DNA of 42,841 nt from Coniocarpon cinnabarinum (lineage: Eukaryota). The notes beneath the pieces are model-generated. The model saw nothing but the letters and a program-made list of their open reading frames with translations. It was not told where the DNA came from and made no database searches. The stretch is from assembly GCA_051942205.1 (NCBI GenBank), contig JAVECO010000075.1, positions 62,001 through 104,841 on the forward strand, given 5' to 3'. How positions within the stretch are numbered: the stretch's first letter is position 1; each line of letters begins with the position of its first letter. Made by a program: the position numbers and the translations under genes. This document shows positions 10,939 through 21,844 of this stretch, piece after piece.

Positions 10939-11775
10939 ATGGAGGTGCATAATGCTTCTCGCGTTCAGCGTTTCGGAGAGCTGCGAGCTCCCAACTCAAG
11001 CGAATCTCGAATTATAAAGCCACGAGGGCCTGCTCACTTTTTTCAGCTGCCTCCGGAGATCCGCAACATGATATACAAAACATGCCTGCTTGAAGAGGAT
11101 CTTCTCAATGGGCCTCTGCCGTTCCGTGAGAACTTCATGCACGGTCTTGCTAGTGGCGGGCTGTCTAAAGTGCCCTCGTCAGGGCAGATGGTGCAACTGC
11201 GTCGGTCCCGGCGGACTCATACTCTCTCCTGGCTTGCGCAAGCCGACGCCCGCTTGCGAATTGAACTTACTCCATTGGCATTGTCGTATCCATGGACTTG
11301 CAATGTTGTCAGGAGCAATGATGAACGACCACATGACAAGATTATCAACAACCGGGACTTTGCGAAATATCGATTTCTCAACTTTCTGGTATCAGACGGC
11401 TGCAAACTACAGATCGCGGAGGGCCGCAGCCTCGCCTTCACGCTCTGGTATCCGGGCAGAAAACACGGCATGTCAGATTGGATGTCTGTGCCCACGACAT
11501 GTCCTCGCGCCTCTCCGACCGAAATACTTGGCAGCGCGACAGAAGTTGCAAATCGCCAATACCATTTCATGACTGGGACTTTACTATGCGACCGGGCTCA
11601 TTCCATTGAGGAAGTGTTGCAACAGCCATTGCAATTCAACATTCGCTTCGACACAGCATGTACAAACGTAGCAGCAGCCCTACCCGGAGACAGTGAGCTC
11701 CAGGTTTTAGCTTACCATTGGGATGAGCACAAGCGCAGGCCTGAGCCTAAGCCAAAGTCCGTCTCTGCCTCTTGA
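10939..11775 (+). CDS. Hypothetical protein with F-box-like motif
   Basis: Long open frame with its first ATG at 10939, containing HFFQLPPEIRNMIYKTCL. Confidence 0.65.
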   Translation: MEVHNASRVQRFGELRAPNSSESRIIKPRGPAHFFQLPPEIRNMIYKTCLLEEDLLNGPLPFRENFMHGLASGGLSKVPSSGQMVQLRRSRRTHTLSWLAQADARLRIELTPLALSYPWTCNVVRSNDERPHDKIINNRDFAKYRFLNFLVSDGCKLQIAEGRSLAFTLWYPGRKHGMSDWMSVPTTCPRASPTEILGSATEVANRQYHFMTGTLLCDRAHSIEEVLQQPLQFNIRFDTACTNVAAALPGDSELQVLAYHWDEHKRRPEPKPKSVSAS

Positions 11776-13477
11776 CTGGTGACAAGGAAACATACACATA
11801 TGCTTCGGCTCACGGAGTAGATTACAGTGCTGCTGGATGCCGGGTCTGGTTTAGGCATGCAAATGGAGAGAATTTTTATGTTGCGGGTTGTGGCTCAAGA
11901 TAGTGAGCGAGCAGGCGCGTGAAGGGGCACAACCATGGTGCTCTGCTTCGTAGCTCAGGTATGTAGCAAATCGCAATGCGTCTTTCCACGGCCAAGGCCC
12001 AGATCTGCTGCCGTTGACGGGAAAATCAGAGTAGGCAGGTGCTAGCTGCCCTCACCCGCTTTTGCATGGTGAGTCTGTATCGTGGCATGCGCGGTGTAAG
12101 CGCCGTACTCTCGCTTGCTGACGCCTGCGAGTCAAGGAGAATGGGCGTCTGTCTGGGCAGCTGACCAGAGCTCAACCTTCAGCTGGATGGAAAGTCAAGA
12201 GTTGACAGGAAAGAGAAGGATGGTAGAAGGAGCAGCGTTGTTGCTTTGTCATGAGGAAGATGGAGCACAGCCAGCTATCGGACAAGTGCATTAGGGAGTC
12301 ATTACCTACAATGTCCTCTCCCGCTGTTTGCCTCGCTGAACGGCTGCTGGGGCCAAGGCGAAAGCTTTGCATGCCGAGACAGCGATCGTGTGGCCGAAAA
12401 CAGGCCAACCATATCCAAGCGCACTACGGCGTCGCGGCGTCGCGGCAGCTTTCAATCTTGACCAATATGACAGGGGCCTGGGCGCTGGGTCCGAACTGAC
12501 CAGGGTCATGCTGCAGGGATGGTGAATATTCCTCCCTCGTGCAGTGGACAGACTCCGCACGTCAAGACGAGAGTGTGGAAACTGCTAAGCAGAACAGCGC
12601 AACTACAAGCGGTTTCCCAACATCACGTTCGCCAGCGCATCTGAGTTGTCTGCCTCGAGGATGGCATGAAACAGAAGAGGATGCCATCTCGGGTTGTGGA
12701 AGCGGCCACGCACACGACAGGATTCCTCTGAAGCGGAAGGGATGCGCTCCGCTGCCGGGCGTCGCTTCACGTCGATGCCGCTGTGGAGGCTTGTGTAATT
12801 TCAAGACTCCTGCAGGAATGTTGAACAACTTGCCCTCGCCAACAACGCACGGGAGGCAGACATTTAATGAGCGTCGCTGAATGGGATGATTCTGTGGAAG
12901 GAATCCTGCACCGTGCTCGCTCCCTCCGGCGCTAGATGGACAAGCGTGCAGAATCGCAATGTGCACCAATCACCCCGGGTCGCCATCCATGCGATTGGCT
13001 CGCTGGCCAGCCCACGGCCGTTGTCGATCAGCCCTCAACCCACGAGCCGCTCGCGTCGGCCACGAGCACAAGGTGAGACGACCGTCGAGAAGTGGCGTGA
13101 GTGGGCCTTTGCACCGTCGCACGGTCCCCGGCTTGGATCTGTTGTTGGTCCGTGGCTTTTCTGACAGGCTTCCAGATGGATGCGTCGGAGCGTGGGGAGG
13201 GCAATCCAATGTCCCAGCATCCTAATATATTATATGTATGGCGCAGAACTCTGGGCGCTGCGCCTTTTCTTCCCTCCCCGTCCGGCCCTTCCCATGGCTT
13301 CGCGTCCAGCCTCTCAAACAGTACCGTCGAGAGTTCATGCCTCTACTATGATCACTGCAGCGCTCTGTGCTGAGTGCTGAGCGACGACCGCAACTCTTCT
13401 GAAGGCTTTGGGGAGAAGCACGTGAGACATTCCAGTCATTCGTTATCCAATTTGGACCCCAGACTTGCAATATCGAG

Positions 13478-16309
13478 ATGCCATCGCTTATAGTTCCCCT
13501 TCTGTTGTGTACCTGGAGCCTGAGCTTGCATGCTGTCTCTGGTGACAGTGCCATCACTACCACACAATTATCGACCTCGTCAGGTGCGCCGCCGCCGCCA
13601 TCGCAGGAGAACTCGACGAACGAGCTCGGTGCCTCCAGCAGCAGCGAATCCATCCCACAAGGTTCTGCGAATGCTTACACAACAGCGACAAGTGCAGCGC
13701 CTAGCACTAGCAGCAGCAGCAGCAGCAGCGAAAATGCACACACCACGTCAAGCTCGTCTTCACCGTCGCTAGCCAGTAGCTCAAACGTGGCAGGAGCATC
13801 TGCCAGTACAAGCGTGTCCAGCCGCTCTATATCTGGTTCAACGTCGTCGCTATCAGGCACGTCTTCACGCCCTGGTATAACTTCTGCTCCTTCCGCGAAC
13901 CTTACTGGCTGTTCCGCGAATTGTTCCATTGTCTCCAGCAACGCCGCGGGGTATCAGGTATCGTGGCGGAAAATAACCCCTACCACGACGCACACATACG
14001 CTACTATTTACACGTTGATTGATCAGTACAATCACACGTCTCTGTCCACGAAATACAATAAAGGCAACGTCTCGGTTCCCACGAGCACAAACTCTGCTGG
14101 CACCGTCACTTGGGCTTTCACAGATTACGACATAGCTCTGGGTCGCAACGTGACTCAGGTCATTGCCTACCCCAATACCGGTGCAGATTACACAACCGCG
14201 GTTCCATGGGTTGGCGTGCTGCCCACGAGCACCAATGGCTCATCGTTCTGTCAAAGCGTGGCTACGGCGACCGAGCAGTTGCTGCCTTCGCATCCATTCG
14301 TTCCGACAACCACTGGTACACCGGACCCCCAAGATCTACAAGGCTGGAACTATTTCCCCTTTCTAAATGATGACCCTAGTTTCGGAACAATACTTCCCAG
14401 CCTCTTTCCAGACTTTGCTCCACTGCACTCTTGCAAGGGTCCCACGGCTGCAGCTGCTCCAGTCCAGGGCGTCAACGGTGTAGCTTTTGTCACTGTGTCC
14501 AGTGTCAGTCATATCATCGCTCCTACACCACCACCGAATCCTCAACCCAATCCGCAACCGAACCCTCAACCCAACCCACGGCCGAACCCTCAACCCAACC
14601 CGCAACCGCAACCGCAACCTAATCCTCAACCCAACCCTGCTCCTAATCCGCAACCCCAACCACAACCACAGCCTAATCCTCAACCCAACCCAGCACCCGC
14701 GAACCCCGCGCCTGGTAATCCAGCACCTGCAAATCTAGCACCCGCAAATCCAGCACCCGTAAACCCAGCACCCGCAAACCCAGCACCCGCAAATCCAGCC
14801 CCAGCAAATCCAGCACCCGCAAATCCAGCACCAGGCAATCCAGCCCCAGCAAACCCAGCACCTGCAAACCCAGCGCCTGCGAATCCAGTGCCCGTGAATC
14901 CTATCCCAGGCAATCCTGCAACAGCTCCGGACAACACTGGAGCCATTCCAGGGAACGTCGGATCAGTTCCTGGTAATGCTGGCTCTGCTCCAGGGAGCGC
15001 TGGCTCGGTGCCTGGCAGTGTTGGAACAGCTCCCGGCAATCCAGGATCGGTTGCTGGAAGTCCTGCAAATCAAGGCAGTGGCAACGGCGGTGCTCTATCT
15101 CCACAGCCCGCTCCTGCAGCGCCCGGTAATATTGGACAGAATGCCAACGGACAAGCAGGAGTCGGAGCAGCGCCTGTTCCAGTTCCTCAGTTCACGGTTG
15201 GAAGTCAAACTATTACAGCGAACCCTCAAGGTGGCTTTGTCGTCGGTAGCCAGACTCTGGTACCTGGAGGAAGTCCCATTGTGCAGAATGGCAACACTGT
15301 ATCTCTGGCGCCGAATGGCGCTTCGGCCGTCATCAATGGACAGACTCAAGGCGTCAACGCGCCAGTCGCGGCTCCTCAATTGACCGTTGGAAGCCAGACC
15401 ATCACAGCGAACCCACAAGGTAGTTTTTTCGTTGGAGGTCAGACTCTAACCCCGGGCGGGAGTCCCGTCGTCCAAAATGGCAACACCGTGTCCCTGGCGC
15501 CAAATGGTGCTTCAGCCGTTGTCAACGGACAAGCTCAAGCCATCAATGCACCTATTGCCGCCCATGCATTCGCTCTGCCTGATGGATCTATCGTTTCGGC
15601 GAACTCCCCGAGCGAATCTACATTTGTGGTTGGCGGACAGACGCTCACCCCCGGCGGCGTCATCACCTTGTCCAATCAACAAACCGTCAGTCTCGATTCT
15701 GCGGCCAGCAATGTGGTCGTCAACGGTCAGACGCAGCCAGTGAGAACGGTGGCACCTACAAATGCGGCTGCAGGAGCAATCACCGCCGCTGGTGTCTCTG
15801 CAACGCCACTTCCTGGATCCGGCTCCACGTACGTTATCAGTGGACAGACCCTCACACCCGGCGGTGTCATCACCCTACCTGATCATCAAACGATCAGTCT
15901 CGCTCCTGAAGCCGGCAGTGCCGTTATCAACGGTCAAACGCAGGCTTTGCGAACCTCTAACCCGACTGCTGCTGCTGCCATTACGGCGGCAGGCGTTTCT
16001 GCGACGCCCTTGCCTGGCTCAGGTTCTACCTATGTCATCAACGGACAGACGCTTACGCCCGGCGGGGTCATCACTTTGCCTGACCATCAAACGATTAGCT
16101 TGGCTGCTGACGCCAGCAGCGCCGTCGTCAATGGCAAGACGGAGACTCTGCGTGATTCTTCGCCCACTGGTGGTGCGTCTGCTGGCGCCACGGCCGGATC
16201 GTACCCGGGTGCGCCGACGGCGTATCTGGGACCTGGATCAGGCGCTGGTAAAGTGCAGCCGGTTTGGTGGAGTTTACTGGTGACTTTGGGAGGGGCGCTA
16301 CTACTGTAG
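13478..16309 (+). CDS. Secreted, probably GPI-anchored, repeat-rich cell-wall (mucin/adhesin-like) protein, 943 aa
   Basis: Signal peptide, Ser/Thr-rich region, a Cys-containing globular region, Pro-rich repeats and five GxQTLxPGG repeats. The C-terminus has small residues followed by a hydrophobic tail (WWSLLVTLGGALLL). Confidence 0.9.
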   Translation: MPSLIVPLLLCTWSLSLHAVSGDSAITTTQLSTSSGAPPPPSQENSTNELGASSSSESIPQGSANAYTTATSAAPSTSSSSSSSENAHTTSSSSSPSLASSSNVAGASASTSVSSRSISGSTSSLSGTSSRPGITSAPSANLTGCSANCSIVSSNAAGYQVSWRKITPTTTHTYATIYTLIDQYNHTSLSTKYNKGNVSVPTSTNSAGTVTWAFTDYDIALGRNVTQVIAYPNTGADYTTAVPWVGVLPTSTNGSSFCQSVATATEQLLPSHPFVPTTTGTPDPQDLQGWNYFPFLNDDPSFGTILPSLFPDFAPLHSCKGPTAAAAPVQGVNGVAFVTVSSVSHIIAPTPPPNPQPNPQPNPQPNPRPNPQPNPQPQPQPNPQPNPAPNPQPQPQPQPNPQPNPAPANPAPGNPAPANLAPANPAPVNPAPANPAPANPAPANPAPANPAPGNPAPANPAPANPAPANPVPVNPIPGNPATAPDNTGAIPGNVGSVPGNAGSAPGSAGSVPGSVGTAPGNPGSVAGSPANQGSGNGGALSPQPAPAAPGNIGQNANGQAGVGAAPVPVPQFTVGSQTITANPQGGFVVGSQTLVPGGSPIVQNGNTVSLAPNGASAVINGQTQGVNAPVAAPQLTVGSQTITANPQGSFFVGGQTLTPGGSPVVQNGNTVSLAPNGASAVVNGQAQAINAPIAAHAFALPDGSIVSANSPSESTFVVGGQTLTPGGVITLSNQQTVSLDSAASNVVVNGQTQPVRTVAPTNAAAGAITAAGVSATPLPGSGSTYVISGQTLTPGGVITLPDHQTISLAPEAGSAVINGQTQALRTSNPTAAAAITAAGVSATPLPGSGSTYVINGQTLTPGGVITLPDHQTISLAADASSAVVNGKTETLRDSSPTGGASAGATAGSYPGAPTAYLGPGSGAGKVQPVWWSLLVTLGGALLL
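13709..13729 (+). repeat. (AGC)7 coding microsatellite (poly-Ser)
   Basis: Read directly from the sequence. Confidence 0.9.
14534..15065 (+). repeat. Coding tandem repeats: PNPQ tetramers, 15 NPAPA-type pentamers (14687-14911), then PG(N/S)xGSx heptamers
   Basis: Read from the translation; the DNA shows matching 12-, 15- and 21-nt periodicity. Confidence 0.9.
15188..16156 (+). repeat. Five ~60-70 aa coding repeats (G.QTL.PGG...T(V/I)SL....S.V(I/V)NG)
   Basis: Units 1 and 2 are near-identical in protein, as are units 4 and 5, but they differ at many synonymous sites. Confidence 0.85.
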
Positions 16310-16945
16310 TGAGTCGCGGAGGATGAAGACACTGTAATGTATGATCACGAGATTTCTAATTCTATATATGGGTATCTTCGGTTGCATAAATGCGTAATGG
16401 TATACCCAGTGGCATTTTCATAATTTGCGCTTCTAAATCTATGAGTGTCCTTCTGTCGCTACAAATTTCCTCGGCCTACTTCCCATGTTTTAGCAAAGGA
16501 GGACGCCTCTAACGTCCACTGCTGCAGATACCGTAAACGCTTGTGGATCACTTGAGCCGTGGTCGCCTGGTAGACTCAGACCTAGTAATTCATTCACCTT
16601 CGCCTCGTTGAAGACACGGCCTCCACCTAGGCGGGTGGATGCATTGACCTGTCTGCCCCTGCCCTGGTGGTGGCACACAGCGACGACTTTGTCAGCATAC
16701 GTCGCCACGTCTGCAGTGCTTGTTCAATACTAGGCAGGATTGAAAACGCATCAGTCTTGCCTTTTCTTCCGTGTTTGTCCCGACGGCGGTTGCTGTTGCT
16801 TGCCGTGAATCCACGTGCTGAGCACGTCCCCCGTTTTCGACACAGCCATACGTGTCCTCAATAGCAAAGGTGTCACAGCCGATGAATGTTGTAGCATGAT
16901 TGTTCATCCTGTCATGATGATGCGGGCGACGCTGATCGGGCTCCA

Positions 16946-18028
16946 TCATGTTTCCAAGAATCGTCGCACCATCATATTGAATCGCGTGTCGACAGTCCTA
17001 ATCTTGTCCGGCGTCAAATCATTGAGGTACTTTCTCGCCAGTTGATGCCAGGCATGATACGCGAACTGCCCTTCATATAACGCCCCTCCATTCTCTTGCA
17101 GCTCTTTGGCGACTTCAGCCGTCTCCTCGACACTCAACGGCTCATGCATATATTCGATGTGCTTGTCGGTCTAGGTCGGCCAGAAAAAAGCAGTAGGCGG
17201 CAACACACAGACCTCATCTGGATGTTCGCCCGCCAATTCCTTCGGCTTGTAAACAGAGTGCTGGCTCCACTCGCCGGGACCGAAATCAGCGTATGAATCG
17301 ATCCAGCGCTTCATGAACGTGCTGTTGGGTCGGGAGACGATGACAGCGTTGGCGGCGCCTTGGCGATTGCCGCCTTCGTGGCCGAGGATCGTGTCAGAGT
17401 GGAGGTTCATGAGTGGGGCAAAGGATTGGAGAGCGAAGACGTCGCTGTCGAGATATACACCACCATTTCGGTAGATAATGTCGTGACGAAGGAAATCGGC
17501 ACGGTGGGCGATGTGGTAGTCGGTTGCTGGACGTCCGAAGAGGGTTTCCGGCGCGTCATGATGAACGAGCTGGAAGGTCGTGGACTTGGATAGAGAGGAC
17601 GTCACGGTGCTGAGACGTTGGATGTAGTCATTGCTAGTGTTGAGGTATGTGTGATGGAGAAGGACAGTGTCGGGTTTCAGCGTTGTTATGGCCGCACGAA
17701 TGGCGAGATAGTTGATGAAGGGAAGTTCAGCACCTGATGGATCGAGAGCGTAAAGAAAATGAACAGTGTTTGGAATGGAAGACTTGGAGGGGTTGGCGGG
17801 GAAGGTAGAGCAGTTGAGTTCAGTGGCAGTGGGGAGGTAGTCGTACGCGTCGACCTCATACTTGAAGTCTGCAGTGGATGTCTCGGGACGCTTCAGCGAG
17901 GGACGAGAAAGGAAGAAAGATTGGTATCGGGACGAAGACGAGGACCAGCCCACCTGGGCAAAGCAAAGAAGCGCGAAAAGAAAGGAGAGAATAGAGAAGA
18001 AGATCAAGACGAAAGACCTGCGAGACAT
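16946..18028 (-). pseudogene. Glycosyltransferase family 32 (DXD, type II membrane) gene interrupted by one in-frame TAG at 17171-17173; nonsense allele or recoded gene
   Basis: N-terminal signal anchor, IPNTVHF, AHRADFLR, GGVYLDSD, GHEGGNR and FMKRWI. The frame continues past the stop as FFWPT*TDKHIEYMHEPL...QFAYHAW...DTRFNMMVRRFL for 74 more codons. Confidence 0.85.
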
Positions 18029-18816
18029 TTTGCGAGGCTCAGAGACATGGAATTCTTGCTGTGTTAAAAGGTGTTGCGGTAACTCAACGCTCACGCTGGC
18101 TGCGCCGACGACAGTCGCTTGCAGAGCAAAGGAGGGAGGGGGCACCACGACACCTTGTCATTCCATTCCGCGGAAACCGTGTGAGAGAAGCAGGCCGCGG
18201 GCGGCAAGTTTGCAAGCTGATGGCCTTGCATCCGGAGTGGTGGTGGTAGGACCGCACGGACAGCATAGCAGACTGGCGAGCTGAGTTGGACGAGGCGGGT
18301 GAGCGTCGACGTTTCACTCTCCCATTGGTCACGGGACATGCCAGGTCACGTGGTAATGCCAAGGATCACCGCTGCCTCCTTGTGGAATAGGGGCGGAATC
18401 GAGGTATTTGTGTGCAGGTCGCCTGGCAGGGTAACAGATCCTACCCGCAGCGTACTAGGTGTATCGTGGCACCGTGGTCTTACAACAGTCACCCATTCAG
18501 CTACCTTTACCTGCGTTGCATCGCGCTGGACGCAGAGGGCTGGACGGGCTGCCGAAACCGTGTCCGCAGCACTCGCAACACGCGCAGCGATGCAAGGCAC
18601 AAACCTCCATCACAGGCCCGATGCTGCGAAAGGGAGACACCCGGTAAAGCAGGTACAGCGCGACTACCCCTCATCTTTGCCTGTTGTGGTCCGAAAGTGC
18701 AAGGGCGCACAAAATGACGACACACCAATGGCTATGGCTGGCTTGACCATTGTACAGCATCCACATATCCAAAGTGCAATTCCTTATCGCCGCAGGTCAC
18801 GCCTCCCGGAGCCAGA

Positions 18817-20106
18817 ATGACAAGAGCCGCTGTGACACTGCTGCTGGTCACGACCCTTGCCTTTGTCATCGCTCAGGAACAGCAACAGCAATGCCTGGCC
18901 GGCTTCCCATCAACATGTCCCTCATTTGCTCCCTGCAGTAACGGCACGCTGGGTGTCTGTCCTACCGACTTTACCATTGTTGGACCCTCTCTCGAGCCCG
19001 TCCACGAGTCCAGCAAACCACCGACTGGACTCGCTCTCGACAACGCCAAGAATCTCTTCCTCACCTATCCTCGCAACACGGGGGCAACGCCCAACAATGT
19101 CGTTCTGTGCACCAGCTTCACTGGCGAAGAGCCGTGGCCGTCCGCCGCATTCCAGAACTGCACCCAAGGTCAAGACCCCAGCACATGCTTCATCAACGTG
19201 CAGAACGTGGTGCTCGATTCGCAGAATGTCATGTGGGCGGTCGACAGTGGCATTCCGCCAGGCAGTGAGAGTGCGACACCCGGTGGCGCCAAGGTGATGG
19301 CGTTCAACTTGAGCGCCGATAATGCCCTCATCCGCACCTATCCCATCCCAGAGCCTCTTCTTCATGATGGCGCCAATGCCAACGACGTGCGCATCAACAA
19401 CACGCAGGGCACTGGCGGCTTCGCCTTCATAACCGACGAATCCAAGTACGGGTCGCTCATCGCCATCGACCTGGACACTGGCGACGCTGTGCGCCGCCTC
19501 TTCAACACCTCCGTCGTCATGGCTGACGATAAGTATGTCGGCTCCTATGATGGACAGCAGACCTACTCGTGGAACGGCACGACCAAGAAGTTCACCACGA
19601 CCGGCTCTGATGGCATCGCACTGCAGAGTGGCAACGTCTATTGGGGTGTGCTGGCGTCCCGCAGGTATTACTACGTCCCTCAGAGTGTTCTGACAAACTT
19701 CTCGGCAAGTGACGAGGAAGTGCTCGATGCGGTCGTTTTCCCAGGCCAGCTGGGGAGCGAGCAGGCAGGATTCACGGCTGACGACAAAGGGACATTGTAT
19801 ATGACGGCGAGTGAGCAAAATGCAATTTATTATGTCGACACGGTGCAGAGCGAGGTTTGCGAAGAAGTCAACGGGACGCCACCGGATGGAGAGGGCCTGG
19901 TGGATCCGAACAACTACGTGGTCAAGACGCTGATCAGAAATGGCTTGATACAACATGCGGACAGTGCAGCCATCTTGGACGGGTATTTGTATTTCAATAC
20001 GAACCAGCTGGAGCGCAGTCCCACGTTCCAGTATAACAACACGGATAACAGGAGAGGGCCGTTCCGATCGTATAGGGTCTACATTGGTGCGGGCCCGGCG
20101 GTCTGA
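18817..20106 (+). CDS. Secreted major royal jelly protein / yellow family beta-propeller protein
   Basis: Signal peptide plus INVQNVVLD...WAVDSG, ANDVRIN, FAFITDES, GSDGIAL, GFTADDKGTLY and DGYLYFNTNQL. Intronless, 429 aa. Confidence 0.88.
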   Translation: MTRAAVTLLLVTTLAFVIAQEQQQQCLAGFPSTCPSFAPCSNGTLGVCPTDFTIVGPSLEPVHESSKPPTGLALDNAKNLFLTYPRNTGATPNNVVLCTSFTGEEPWPSAAFQNCTQGQDPSTCFINVQNVVLDSQNVMWAVDSGIPPGSESATPGGAKVMAFNLSADNALIRTYPIPEPLLHDGANANDVRINNTQGTGGFAFITDESKYGSLIAIDLDTGDAVRRLFNTSVVMADDKYVGSYDGQQTYSWNGTTKKFTTTGSDGIALQSGNVYWGVLASRRYYYVPQSVLTNFSASDEEVLDAVVFPGQLGSEQAGFTADDKGTLYMTASEQNAIYYVDTVQSEVCEEVNGTPPDGEGLVDPNNYVVKTLIRNGLIQHADSAAILDGYLYFNTNQLERSPTFQYNNTDNRRGPFRSYRVYIGAGPAV

Positions 20107-20415
20107 ACAGGAAGCAAATTCTCCACGATGGTCTGAGGGGTTCCCATTCTCTCTATCGTAAGTTCTTTTTGAACCTGAACGCTTTCGTTCATCTGAACTG
20201 CCGGGAGGTCTAGTGTTAATTTGTGGTCAACCTCTGTGACTTGGCTCGCAGCGCCTTCGCCATGACTCGGTCAGACTTTCTTGAACGCACCTCCGCTTGA
20301 CACCAATTACTTAACATTTCACATTCATCAATCATAAGCTTCTAACACACGCGTGCAAATGCACGACCATTAGGATAGATCCAGGGGTGAGATGACGACG
20401 CTCGACTTGTGGTCA

Positions 20416-21844
20416 TTAAACTTCTGTATGGTCGCTTTGATGGCTTGACTCATCAAACGTATTGTCAACCTCATGACGCAAATCCTCTACGAATCGCGTC
20501 ACCTGCTGTGCTGACATGGCATTTAGATGTGCCTTGTTTGGATCCGGGGTGTGTTGCATCAATCCAGCGTCAATAAACTTCTCCTTTGACTGACACAACA
20601 CGTACACCTTGGCCTTCCATTGCCTAAGCGTGTCGTGCATAGGAGTCCTGCAGGCGAAGCTTTTCAAAACGTTCTGGATGCGGAATAGTAGTGGTCGCAG
20701 GGACGGTAGATTGGCCGCGATCAGGTAGGTTGTCGGTTCAAGCGCGGAAAGAAGGTCTTCGAGGGCTACTTGAGCTGCGTACGTGCCTGTCATAATGTCA
20801 ATTGTACTCGCTTGTGGTATCGACGGCGGATGCGGTATCTGTGACGTACTAGTGCTTGTGCTCTCTACCTCCTGCATGTTGCGATAGCAAAATTGGATAT
20901 AGTACCCCAAGCGCGCGCAACACGCTATTAATCCACTAGGTTGCCGTACATTAGTAAGTTCGCATTTTCAGTGAAAGCGAAGCTGCAGTAGCTCACTCCG
21001 TTCTTGCACTGGGGACGTCAGATTTACTCACATTCCACCAACGGCAAACGTGATCGCTAGTCCAATTTTCCTCTTGGTCGGCATCTGAAGCGCTCGAATC
21101 ATTGGAAGAGGCAATACTAACATGACCAGATCGGACAGTATGTTAGGTACCTGACGCGCAACTTCCATAGGGAACTGGTCGAGGTGTCTTCCAGATTGAG
21201 AACCGTTGATGAAGTCCTTGACCGGTATAGTTATGAGGCCAAATGCAACCAGAAATGCAACACAATTTGCCACTAAGAAGCAGATTGTCCCGTAAGAGAT
21301 GATCCTCTGCAGCCTGCTGATCTGTAGTCCTTAGTTGACCCTCAGGCATTCTCGGAGTTGGGAAACATTCATCATGCTCACTTGAAATCGAAGAAATAAA
21401 CAGCAGATCGAGATCTTGGGCAGCGCAGTCCCAAGTTGCAAAAAATAGTTATTCACGTAAACGATCCTCTGATTAATTTCCACGTTCTGGTCGCTCATTG
21501 TAGCATCGTCTAGAACGCCCCCTACGAACGCTAGTATTGATACCCGTGAATCATCTAACCGTATATTAGTATACTATGTTTGCTGACGGAGCACTGGGCT
21601 TCGCCATTCAGGGCGCGAGCAAAGACGTGCAGATACTCAAGCTGCAACAAATGGTGACGGATATGAACGAAGGTATGATCATAGCGTCGTCCCAGCCCCA
21701 GCTTCTTCTGTCATGACAGCTCCACCGGGCGAGTAAGCGGAGAGAGACGAAAAGAACACTCAAGATGACAAAGGCAGTGTAGGCAATCGTGGTTTGAGTA
21801 AATGATTTCTTGATGGCATGTATATCATCAAGTTCAGCAGACAT
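20416..21844 (-). CDS. Pth11-like (fungal rhodopsin-domain) membrane protein 1; introns 21555-21630 (GC-AG), 21322-21381, 20936-21031, 20787-20849
   Basis: Motifs VSLRLLAR, WGWDD, PKISICCLFLRF, NILSDLVMLVLPLPMIRALQMP..RKIGL and EPTTYLIAANLPSLRPL. The five-exon model stays open throughout. Confidence 0.85.

Noticed and set aside
11776..13477. Many short overlapping ORFs
   Set aside because: No motifs or consistent splice structure. Best read as a long promoter region for the wall-protein gene.
14363..15039. Minus-strand repetitive ORFs (GAGFA, LRIRL, VLDLR)
   Set aside because: Alternative frames of the Pro-rich coding repeats. They are not independent genes and not a CRISPR array, since there are no unique spacers.
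17171..17212. 42-nt in-frame intron (GTCTGT..TAG) that would remove the GT32 stop
   Set aside because: It has a weak donor and no good branch site, and it would delete the conserved-looking LPP.AFFWP motif.
18922..19956. 344-aa minus-strand ORF
   Set aside because: Antisense shadow of the MRJP/yellow gene.
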